Below, piece after piece: positions 51,701-63,790 of a stretch of DNA of 64,000 bases. Where the stretch lies: positions 1 to 64,000 of the forward strand of contig JBHGNT010000060.1 in the NCBI GenBank assembly GCA_043228905.1. The letters are read 5' to 3'. The notes beneath the pieces were generated by a model. The model was not told the origin of the DNA and ran no database searches. It saw only the letters and a list, made by a program, of their open reading frames with translations. The position numbers and the translations under genes are program-made. The stretch is from Azolla caroliniana. Taxonomy: Eukaryota > Plantae > Polypodiophyta. Within the stretch, counting starts at the first letter, position 1; every line of letters starts with the position of its first letter.

Positions 51701-52650
51701 ATCAAGATTTTGAAACTCAGGTCGAGAGACATGAAGAAATTAGCACATTTGAAGAGGTAGTGGAGAACAGCCCGTGAGGAAATAAAAATGTTCATACCTG
51801 GCTCGTGTGATATCGGATTTTTGTGTTCAAACATGCGTATTGAAGCTAACAACGCTACCTATGATATGGAATTAAAAAATGCAGATTTTGAAACTCAGGT
51901 CGAGAGACATGAAGAAATTAGCACATTTGAGGAGGTAGTGGAGAACAACCCGTTAGGAAATAAAAATGTTCATACCTGGCTCGTATGATATCGGATTTTT
52001 GTGTTCAAACATGCGTATCGAAGCTAAGAACGCTAGCTATGCTATAGAATTAAAAAATCAAGATTTTGAAACTCAGGTCGAGAGACATGAAGAAATTAGC
52101 ACATTTGAGGAGGGACATGAGAAGAGCCCATGAGTCAATTAAAATGTTCATACCTGGCTCGTGTGATATCGGATTTTTGTGTTCAAACATGCGTATCGAA
52201 GCTAACAACGCTAGCTATGCTATAGAATTAAAAAATCCAGATTTTGAAACTCAGGTCGAGAGACATGAAGAAATTAGCACATTTGAGGAGGGACTTGAGA
52301 AGAGCCCATGAGTCAATTAAAATGTTCATACCTGGCTCGTGTGATATCGGATTTTTGTGTTCAAAGATGCGTATCGAAGCTAACAACGCTAGCTATGCTA
52401 TAGAATTAAAAAATCAAGATTTTGAAACTCAGGTCGAGAGACATGAAGAAATTAGCACATTTGAGGAGGTAGTGGAGAACAGCCCGTTAGGAAATAAAAA
52501 TGTTCATACCTGGCTCGTGTGATATCGGATTTTTGTGTTCAAACATGCGTATCGAAGCTAACAACGCTAGCTATGCTATAGAATTAAAAATCAAGATTTT
52601 GAAACTCAGGTCAAGAGACATGAAGAAATTAGCACATTTGAGGAGGGAGT
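48760..52650. repeat. Nested HOR: 5-mer (889 bp) duplicated inside a 12-mer (2134 bp) that is itself duplicated
   Basis: ORFs 48765/49654, 49043/49932 and 51177/52066 are offset by 889. ORFs 49043/51177, 49221/51355, 49654/51788 and 50110/52244 are offset by 2134. Confidence 0.9.
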
Positions 52651-54589
52651 TGAGAACAACCCGTTAGGAAATAAAAATGTTCATACCTGGCTCGTGTGAT
52701 ATCGGATTTTTGTGTTCAAACATGCGTATCGAAGCTAAGAACGCTAGCTATGCTATAGAATTAAAAAATCAAGATTTTGAAACTCAGGTCGAGAGACATG
52801 AAGAAATTAGCACATTTGAGGAGGGACATGAGAAGAGCCCATGAGTCAATTAAAATGTTCATACCTGGCTCCTGTGATATCGGATTTTTGTGTTCAAACA
52901 TGCGTATCGAAGCTAACAACGCTAGCTATGCTATAGAATTAAAAAATGAAGATTTTGAAACTCAGGTCGAGAGACATGAGGAAGTTAGCAAATTAGAGGA
53001 GGGACTTGAAAAGAGGCCGTGAGTCAATTAAAATGTTCATACCAGGCTCGTGTGATATCGGATTTTTGTGTTCAAACATGCGTATCGAAGCTAACAACGC
53101 TAGTTATGCTATAGAATTAAAAAATGAAGATTTTGAAACTCAGGTCGACAGACATGAAGAAATTAGCACATTTGAGGAGGTAGTGGAGAACAGCCCGTTA
53201 GGAAATAAAAATGTTCATACCTGGCTCGTGTGATATCGGATTTTTGTGTTCAAACATGCGTATCGAAGCTAACAACACTAGCTATGATATAGAATAAAAA
53301 AATCAAGATTTTGAAACTCAGGTCGAGAGACATGAAGAAATTAGCACATTTGAGGAGGTAGTGGAGAACAGCCCGTGAGTCAATTAAAATGTTCATACCT
53401 GGCTCGTGTGATATCGGATTTTTGTGTTCAAAGATGCGTATCGAATCTAAGAACGCTAGCTATGCTATAGAATTAAAAAATCCAGATTTTGAAACTCAGG
53501 TCGAGAGACATGAAGAAATTAGCACATTTGAGGAGGGACTTGAGAAGAGCCCATGAGTCAATTAAAATGTTCATACCTGGCTCGTGTGATATCGGATTTT
53601 TGTGTTCAAAGATGCGTATCGAATCTAAGAACGCTAGCTATGCTATAGAATTAAAAAATCCAGATTTTGAAACTCAGGTCGAGAGACATGAAGAAATTAG
53701 CACATTTGAAGAGGTAGTGGAGAACAGCCCGTTAGGAAATAAAAATGTTCATACCTGGCTCGTGTGATATCGGATTTTTGTGTTGAAACATGCGTATTGA
53801 AGCTAACAACACTACCTATGATATGGAATTAAAAAATGCAGATTTTGAAACTCAGGTCGAGAGACATGAAGAAATTAGCACATTTGAGGAGGTAGCGGAG
53901 AACAACCCGTTAGGAAATAAAAATGTTCATACCTGGCTCGTGTGATATCGGATTTTTGTGTTCAAACATGCGTATTGAAGCTAACAACACTACCTATGAT
54001 ATGGAATTAAAAAATGCAGATTTTGAAACTCAGGTCGAGAGACATGAAGAAATTAGCACATTTGAGGAGGTAGTGGAGAACAACCCGTTAGGAAATAAAA
54101 ATGTTCATACCTGGCTCGTGTGATATCGGATTTTTGTGTTCAAACATGCGTATCGAAGCTAAGAACGCTAGCTATGCTATAGAATTAAAAAATCAAGATT
54201 TTGAAACTCAGGTCGAGAGACATGAGGAAGTTAGAAAATTAGAGGAGGGACTTGAAAAGAGGCCGTGAGTCAATTAAAATGTTCATACCAGGCTCGTGTG
54301 ATATCGGATTTTTGTGTTCAAACATGTGTATCGAAGCTAACAACGCTAGGTATGCTATAGAATTAAAAAATCAAGATTTTGAAACTCAGGTCGAGAGACA
54401 TGAGGAAGTTAGCAAATTAGAGGAGGGACTTGAAAAGAGGCCGTGAGTCAATTAAAATGTTCATACCAGGCTCGTGTGATATCGGATTTTTGTGTTCAAA
54501 CATGCGTATCGAAGCTAACAACGCTAGTTATGCTATAGAATTAAAAAATGAAGATTTTGAAACTCAGGTCGAGAGACATGAAGAAATTA

Positions 54590-57290
54590 GCACATTTGAG
54601 GAGGTAGTGGAGAACAGCCCGTGAGTCAATTAAAATGTTTATACCTGGCTCGTGTGATATCGGATTTTTGTGTTCAAACATGCGTCTCGAAGCTAACAAC
54701 GCTAGCTACGCTATAGAATTAAAAAATCAAGATTTTGAAACTCAGGTCGAGAGACATGAAGAAATTAGCACATTTGAGGAGGTAGTGGAGAACAGCCCGT
54801 TAGGAAATAAAAATGTTCTTACCTGGCTCGTGTGATATCGGATTTTTGTGTTCAAACATGCGTATCGAAGCTAACAACACTAGCTATGATATAGAATTAA
54901 AAAATTTAGATTTTGAAACTCAGGTTGAGAGTCATGAAGAAATTAGCACATTTGAGCAGGGACTTGAGAAGAGCCCGTGAGCCAATTAAAATGTTCATAC
55001 CTGGCTCGTGTGATATCGGATTTTTGTGTTCAAACATGCGTATCGAAGCTAACAACGCTAGCTATGCTATAGAATTAAAAAATCAAGATTTTGAAACTCA
55101 TGTCGAGAGACATGAAGAAATTAGCACATTTGAGGAGGTAGTGGAGAACAGCCCGTGAGTCAATTAAAATGTTCATACCTGGCTCATGTGATATCGGATT
55201 TTTGTGTTCAAACATGCGTATCGAAGCTAACAACACTAGCTATGCTATGGAATTAAAAAATTTAGATTTTGAAACTCAGGTCGAGAGACATGAAGAAATG
55301 AGCACATTTGAGGAGGTAGTGGAGAACAGCCCGTGAGTCAATTAAAATGTTCATACCTGGCCCGTGTGATATCGGATTTTTGTGTTCAAACATGCGTATC
55401 GAAGCTAACAACGCTACCTATGATATGGAATAAAAAAATCAAGATTTTGAAACTCAAGTCAAGAGACATGAAGAAATTTAGGACATTTGAGGAGGTAGTG
55501 GAGAACAACCCGTGAGTCAATTAAAATGTTCATACCTGGCTCGTGTGATATCGGATTTTTGTGTTCAAACATGCGTATCGAAGCTAACAACACTAGCTAT
55601 GATATAGAATAAAAAAATCAAGATTTTGAAACTCAGGTCGAGAGACATGAAGAAATTAGCACATTTGAGGAGGTAGTGGAGAACAGCCCGTTAGGAAATA
55701 AAAATGTTCATACCTGGCTCGTGTGATATCGGATTTTTGTGTTCAAACATGCGTATCGAAGCTAACAACGCTAGCAATGCTATCGAATTAAAAAATCAAG
55801 ATTTTGAAACTCAGGTCGAGAGACATGAAGAAATTAGCACATTTGAGGAGGGACATGAGAAGAGCCCATGAGTCAATTAAAATGTTCATACCTGGCTCGT
55901 GTGATATCGGATTTTTGTGTTCAAACATGCGTATCGAAGCTAACAACGCTAGCTATACTATAGAATTAAAAATCAAGATTTTGAAACACAGGTCGAGAGA
56001 CATGAAGAAATTAGCACATTTGAGGAGGTAGTGGAGAACAGCCCGTGAGTCAATTAAAATGTTCATACCTGGCTCGTGTGATATCGGATTTTTGTGTTCA
56101 AACATGCGTATCGAAGCTAACAACGCTAGCTATACTATAGAATTAAAAATCAAGATTTTGAAACACAGGTCGAGAGACATGAAGAAATTAGCACATTTGA
56201 GGAGGTAGTGGAGAACAGCCCGTGAGTCAATTAAAATGTTCATACCTGGCTCGTGTGATATCGGATTTTTGTGTTCAAACATGCGTCTCGAAGCTAACAA
56301 CGCTAGCTACGCTATAGAATTAAAAAATCAAGATTTTGAAACTCAGGTCGAGAGACATGAAGAAATTAGCACATTTGAGGAGGTAGTGGAGAACAGCCCG
56401 TTAGGAAATAAAAATGTTCTTACCTGGCTCGTGTGATATCGGATTTTTGTGTTCAAACATGCGTATCGAAGCTAACAACACTAGCTATGATATAGAATTA
56501 AAAAATTTAGATTTTGAAACTCAGGTTGAGAGTCATGAAGAAATTAGCACATTTGAGCAGGGACTTGAGAAGAGCCCGTGAGCCAATTAAAATGTTCATA
56601 CCTGGCTCGTGTGATATCGGATTTTTGTGTTCAAACATGCGTATCGAAGCTAACAACGCTAGCTATGCTATAGAATTAAAAAATCAAGATTTTGAAACTC
56701 ATGTCGAGAGACATGAAGAAATTAGCACATTTGAGGAGGTAGTGGAGAACAGCCCGTGAGTCAATTAAAATGTTCATACCTGGCTCATGTGATATCGGAT
56801 TTTTGTGTTCAAACATGCGTATCGAAGCTAACAACACTAGCTATGCTATGGAATTAAAAAATTTAGATTTTGAAACTCAGGTCGAGAGACATGAAGAAAT
56901 GAGCACATTTGAGGAGGTAGTGGAGAACAGCCCGTGAGTCAATTAAAATGTTCATACCTGGCCCGTGTGATATCGGATTTTTGTGTTCAAACATGCGTAT
57001 CGAAGCTAACAACGCTACCTATGATATGGAATAAAAAAATCAAGATTTTGAAACTCAAGTCAAGAGACATGAAGAAATTTAGGACATTTGAGGAGGTAGT
57101 GGAGAACAACCCGTGAGTCAATTAAAATGTTCATACCTGGCTCGTGTGATATCGGATTTTTGTGTTCAAACATGCGTATCGAAGCTAACAACACTAGCTA
57201 TGATATAGAATAAAAAAATCAAGATTTTGAAACTCAGGTCGAGAGACATGAAGAAATTAGCACATTTGAGGAGGTAGTGGAGAACAGCCC
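54590..57290. repeat. 9-monomer-period duplication (1601 bp)
   Basis: ORF pairs 54635/56236, 54913/56514 and 55333/56934 are offset by 1601. Private variants include GCGTCTCGAA, GAGTCATG, TGAGCAGG and GAGCCAAT. Confidence 0.92.
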
Positions 57291-57449
57291 GTGAGTCAAT
57301 TAAAATGTTCATACCTGGCTCGCGTGATATCGGATTTTTGTGTTGAAACATGCGTATTGAAGCTAACAACGCTACCTATGATATAGAATAAAAAAATCAA
57401 GATTTTGAAACTCAGGTCAAGAGACATGAAGAAATTTAGGACATTTCAG

Positions 57450-60400
57450 GAGGTAGTGGAGAACAGCCCGTGAGTCAATTAAAATGTTCATACCTGGCTC
57501 GTGTGATATCGGATTTTTGTGTTCAAACATGCGTATCGAAGCTAACAACGCTAGCTATGCTATAGAATTTAAAAATCCAGATTTTGAAACTCAGGTCGAG
57601 AGACATGAAGAAATTTAGGACATTTGAGGAGGTAGTGGAGAACAGCCCGTGAGTTAATTAAAATGTTCATACCTGGCCCGTGTGATATCGGATTTTTCTG
57701 TTCAAACATGCGTATCGAAGCTAACAACGCTACCTATGATATGGAATTAAAAAATGCAGATTTTGAAACTCAGGTCGAGAGACATGAAGAAATTAGCACA
57801 TTTGAGGAGGTAGCGGAGAACAACCCGTTAGGAAATAAAAATGTTCATACCTGGCTCGTGTGATATCGGATTTTTGTGTTCAAACATGCGTATCGAAGCT
57901 AACAACGCTAGCAATGCTATAGAATTAAAAAATCCAAATTTTGAAACTCAGGTCGAGAGACATGAAGAAATTAGCACATTTGAGGAGGGACATGAGAAGA
58001 GCCCATGAGTCAATTAAAATGTTCATACCTGGCTCGTGTGATATCGGATTTTTGTGTTCAAACATGCGTATCGAAGCTAACAACGCTAGCTATACTATAG
58101 AATTAAAAATCAAGATTTTGAAACACAGGTCGAGAGACATGAAGAAATTAGCACATTTGAGGAGGTAGTGGAGAACAGCCCGTGAGTCAATTAAAATGTT
58201 CATACCTGGCTCGTGTGATATCGGATTTTTGTGTTCAAACATGCGTATCGAAGCTAACAACGCTAGCTATACTATAGAATTATAAATCAAGATTTTGAAA
58301 CACAGGTCGAGAGACATGAAGAAATTAGCACATTTGAGGAGGTAGTGGAGAACAGCCCGTGAGTCAATTAAAATGTTCATACCTGGCTCGTGTGATATCG
58401 GATTTTTGTGTTCAAACATGCGTATCGAAGCTAACAACGCTAGCTACGCTATAGAATTAAAAAATCAAGATTTTGAAACTCAGGTCGAGAGACATGAAGA
58501 AATTAGCACATTTGAGGAGGTAGTGGAGAACAGCCCGTTAGGAAATAAAAATGTTCGTACCTGGCTCGTGTGATATCGGATTTTTGTGTTCAAACATGCG
58601 TATCGAAGCTAAGAACGCTAGCTATGCTATAGAATTAAAAAATCCAGATTTTGAAACTCAGGTCGAGAGACATGAAGAAATTAGCACATTTGAGGAGGGA
58701 CTTGAGAAGAGCCCATGAGTCAATTAAAATGTTCATACCTGGCTCGTGTGATATCGGATTTTTGTGTTCAAACATGCGTATCGAAGCTAACAACGCTAGC
58801 TATGCTATAGAATAAAAAAATCAAGATTTTGAAACTCAGGTCGAGAGACATGAAGAAATTAGCAAATTAGAGGAGGGACTTGAAAAGAGGCCGTGAGTCA
58901 ATTAAAATGTTCATACCAGGCTCGTGTGATATCGGATTTTTGTGTTCAAACATGCGTATCGAAGCTACCAACGCTAGTTATGCTATAGAATTAAAAAATG
59001 AAGATTTTGAAACTCAGGTCGAGAGACATGAAGAAATTAGCACATTTGAGGAGGGACTTGAGAAGAGCCCATGAGTCAATTAAAATGTTCATACCTGGCT
59101 CGTGTGATATCGGATTTTTGTGTTCAAACATGCGTATCGAAGCTAACAACGCTACCTATGATATGGAATAAAAAAATCAAGATTTTGAAACTCAAGTCAA
59201 GAGACATGAAGAAATTTAGGACATTTGAGGAGGTAGTGGAGAACAGCCCGTGAGTCAATTAAAATGTTCATACCTGGCTCGTGTGATATCGGATTTTTGT
59301 GTTCAAACATGCGTATCGAAGCTAACAACACTAGCTATGATATGGAATAAAAAAATCAAGATTTTGAAACTCAAGTCAAGAGACATGAAGAAATTTAGGA
59401 CATTTGAGGAGGTAGTGGAGAACAGCCCGTGAGTCAATTAAAATGTTCATACATGGCTCGTGTGATATCGGATTTTTGTGTTCAAACATGCGTATCGAAG
59501 CTAACAACACTAGCTATGATATAGAATTAAAAAATCAAGATTTTGAAAGTCAGCTCGAGAGACATGAGGAAGTTAGCAAATTAGAGGAGGGACTTGAAAA
59601 GAGGCCGTGAGTCAATTAAAATGTTCATACCAGGCTCGTCTGATATCGGATTTTTGTGTTCAAACATGCGTATCGAAGCTAACAACGCTAGTCATGCTAT
59701 AGAATTAAAAAATGAAGATTTTGAAATTCAGGTCGAGAGACATGAAGAAATTAGCACATTTGAGGAGGTAGTGGAGAACAGCCCGTGAGTCAATTAAAAT
59801 GTTCATACCTGGCTCGTGTGATATCGGATTTTTGTGTTCAAACATGCGTATCGAAGCTAACAACGCTAGCTATGCTATAGAATTTAAAAATCCAGATTTT
59901 GAAACTCAGGTCGAGAGACATGAAGAAATTTAGGACATTTGAGGAGGTAGTGGAGAACAGCCCGTGAGTCAATTAAAATGTTCTAACCTGGCCCGTGTGA
60001 TATCGGATTTTTGTGTTCAAACATGCGTATCGAAGCTAACAACGCTAGCTATGCTATAGAATTAAAAAATTTAGATTTTGAAACTCAGGTCGAGAGACAT
60101 GAAGAAATGAGCACATTTGAGGAGGTAGTGGAGAACAGCCCGTGAGTCAATTAAAATGTTCATACCTGGCCCGTGTGATATCGGATTTTTGTGTTCAAAC
60201 ATGCGTATCGAAGCTAACAACGCTACCTATGATATGGAATAAAAAAATCAAGATTTTGAAACTCAAGTCAAGAGACATGAAGAAATTTAGGACATTTGAG
60301 GAGGTAGTGGAGAACAACCCGTGAGTCAATTAAAATGTTCATACCTGGCTCGTGTGATATCGGATTTTTGTGTTCAAACATGCGTATCGAAGCTAACAAC

Positions 60401-62880
60401 ACTAGCTATGATATAGAATAAAAAAATCAAGATTTTGAAACTCAGGTCGAGAGACATGAAGAAATTAGCACATTTGAGGAGGTAGTGGAGAACAGCCCGT
60501 GAGTCAATTAAAATGTTCATACCTGGCTCGTGTGATATCGGATTTTTGTGTTCAAACATGCGTATCGAAGCTAACAACGCTAGCTATGCTATAGAATTTA
60601 AAAATCCAGATTTTGAAACTCAGGTCGAGAGACATGAAGAAATTTAGGACATTTGAGGAGGTAGTGGAGAACAGCCCGTGAGTCAATTAAAATGTTCATA
60701 CCTGGCCCGTGTGATATCGGATTTTTGTGTTCAAACATGCGTATCGAAGCTAACAACGCTACCTATGATATGGAATTAAAAAATGCAGATTTTGAAACTC
60801 AGGTCGAGAGACATGAAGAAATTAGCACATTTGAGGAGGTAGCGGAGAACAACCCGTTAGGAAATAAAAATGTTCATACCTGGCTCGTGTGATATCGGAT
60901 TTTTGTGTTCAAACATGCGTATCGAAGCTAACAACGCTAGCAATGCTATAGAATTAAAAAATCCAAATTTTGAAACTCAGGTCGAGAGACATGAAGAAAT
61001 TAGCACATTTGAGGAGGGACATGAGAAGAGCCCATGAGTCAATTAAAATGTTCATACCTGGCTCGTGTGATATCGGATTTTTGTGTTCAAACATGCGTAT
61101 CGAAGCTAACAACGCTAGCTATACTATAGAATTAAAAATCAAGATTTTGAAACACAGGTCGAGAGACATGAAGAAATTAGCACATTTGAGGAGGTAGTGG
61201 AGAACAGCCCGTGAGTCAATTAAAATGTTCATACCTGGCTCGTGTGATATCGGATTTTTGTGTTCAAACATGCGTATCGAAGCTAACAACGCTAGCTATA
61301 CTATAGAATTATAAATCAAGATTTTGAAACACAGGTCGAGAGACATGAAGAAATTAGCACATTTGAGGAGGTAGTGGAGAACAGCCCGTGAGTCAATTAA
61401 AATGCTCATACCTGGCTCGTGTGATATCGGATTTTTGTGTTCAAACATGCGTATCGAAGCTAACAACGCTAGCTACGCTATAGAATTAAAAAATCAAGAT
61501 TTTGAAACTCAGGTCGAGAGACATGAAGAAATTAGCACATTTGAGGAGGTAGTGGAGAACAGCCCGTTAGGAAATAAAAATGTTCGTACCTGGCTCGTGT
61601 GATATCGGATTTTTGTGTTCAAACATGCGTATCGAAGCTAAGAACGCTAGCTATGCTATAGAATTAAAAAATCCAGATTTTGAAACTCAGGTCGAGAGAC
61701 ATGAAGAAATTAGCACATTTGAGGAGGGACTTGAGAAGAGCCCATGAGTCAATTAAAATGTTCATACCTGGCTCGTGTGATATCGGATTTTTGTGTTCAA
61801 ACATGCGTATCGAAGCTAACAACGCTAGCTATGCTATAGAATAAAAAAATCAAGATTTTGAAACTCAGGTCGAGAGACATGAAGAAATTAGCAAATTAGA
61901 GGAGGGACTTGAAAAGAGGCCGTGAGTCAATTAAAATGTTCATACCAGGCTCGTGTGATATCGGATTTTTGTGTTCAAACATGCGTATCGAAGCTACCAA
62001 CGCTAGTTATGCTATAGAATTAAAAAATGAAGATTTTGAAACTCAGGTCGAGAGACATGAAGAAATTAGCACATTTGAGGAGGGACTTGAGAAGAGCCCA
62101 TGAGTCAATTAAAATGTTCATACCTGGCTCGTGTGATATCGGATTTTTGTGTTCAAACATGCGTATCGAAGCTAACAACGCTACCTATGATATGGAATAA
62201 AAAAATCAAGATTTTGAAACTCAAGTCAAGAGACATGAAGAAATTTAGGACATTTGAGGAGGTAGTGGAGAACAGCCCGTGAGTCAATTAAAATGTTCAT
62301 ACCTGGCTCGTGTGATATCGGATTTTTGTGTTCAAACATGCGTATCGAAGCTAACAACACTAGCTATGATATGGAATAAAAAAATCAAGATTTTGAAACT
62401 CAAGTCAAGAGACATGAAGAAATTTAGGACATTTGAGGAGGTAGTGGAGAACAGCCCGTGAGTCAATTAAAATGTTCATACATGGCTCGTGTGATATCGG
62501 ATTTTTGTGTTCAAACATGCGTATCGAAGCTAACAACACTAGCTATGATATAGAATTAAAAAATCAAGATTTTGAAAGTCAGCTCGAGAGACATGAGGAA
62601 GTTAGCAAATTAGAGGAGGGACTTGAAAAGAGGCCGTGAGTCAATTAAAATGTTCATACCAGGCTCGTCTGATATCGGATTTTTGTGTTCAAACATGCGT
62701 ATCGAAGCTAACAACGCTAGTCATGCTATAGAATTAAAAAATGAAGATTTTGAAATTCAGGTCGAGAGACATGAAGAAATTAGCACATTTGAGGAGGTAG
62801 TGGAGAACAGCCCGTGAGTCAATTAAAATGTTCATACCTGGCTCGTGTGATATCGGATTTTTGTGTTCAAACATGCGTAT
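57450..62880. repeat. 17-monomer-period duplication (3029 bp): ~57450-59850 repeated at ~60480-62880
   Basis: ORF pairs 57663/60692, 57941/60970, 58373/61402, 58880/61909, 59071/62100 and 59594/62623 are all offset by 3029. Private variants include ATTATAAATC, GTTCGTAC, GCTACCAAC and GAAAGTCAGC. Confidence 0.92.
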
Positions 62881-63790
62881 TGAAGCTAACAACACTACCT
62901 ATGATATGGAATTAAAAAATGCAGATTTTGAAACTCAGGTCGAGAGACATGAAGAAATTAGCACATTTGAGGAGGTAGCGGAGAACAACCCGTTAGGAAA
63001 TAAAAATGTTCATACCTGGCTCGTGTGATATCGAATTTTTGTGTTCAAACATGCGTATCGAAGATAAGAACGCTAGCTATGCTATAGAATTAAAAAATCC
63101 AAATTTTGAAACTCAGGTCGAGAGACATGAAGAAATTAGCACATTTGAGGAGGGACTTGAGAAGAGCCCATGAGTCAATTAAAATGTTCATACCTGGCTC
63201 CTGTGATATCGGATTTTTGTGTTCAAACATGCGTATCGAAGCTAACAACGCTAGCTATGATATGGAATTAAAAAATGCAAATTTTGAAACTCATGTCGAG
63301 AGACATGAAGAAATTAGCACATTTGAAGAGGTAGTGGAGAACAGCCCGTTAGGAAATAAAAATGTTCATACCTGGCTCGTGTGATATCGGATTTTTGTGT
63401 TCAAACATGCGTATTGAAGCTAACAACACTACCTATGATATGGAATTAAAAAATGCAGATTTTGAAACTCAGGTCGAGAGACATGAAGAAATTAGCACAT
63501 TTGAGGAGGTAGCGGAGAACAACCCGTTAGGAAATAAAAATGTTCATACCTGGCTCGTGTGATATCGAATTTTTGTGTTCAAACATGCGTATCGAAGCTA
63601 AGAACGCTAGCTATGCTATAGAATTAAAAAATCCAAATTTTGAAACTCAGGTCGAGAGACATGAAGAAATTAGCACATTTGAGGAGGGACTTGAGAAGAG
63701 CCCATGAGTCAATTAAAATGTTCATACCTGGCTCCTGTGATATCGGATTTTTGTGTTCAAACATGCGTATCGAAGCTAACAACGCTAGCT
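62828..63790. repeat. Tandem 3-mer duplication (534 bp)
   Basis: ORFs 62828/63362 and 63106/63640 are offset by 534. The TATCGAATTTTT variant occurs at ~63029 and ~63563. Confidence 0.85.

Noticed and set aside
2131-62880. Preferred duplication sizes (7-mer, 17-mer, 39-mer and 3-mer each seen twice)
   Set aside because: There are too few events, and several periods are sums of nested events, so coincidence cannot be excluded.
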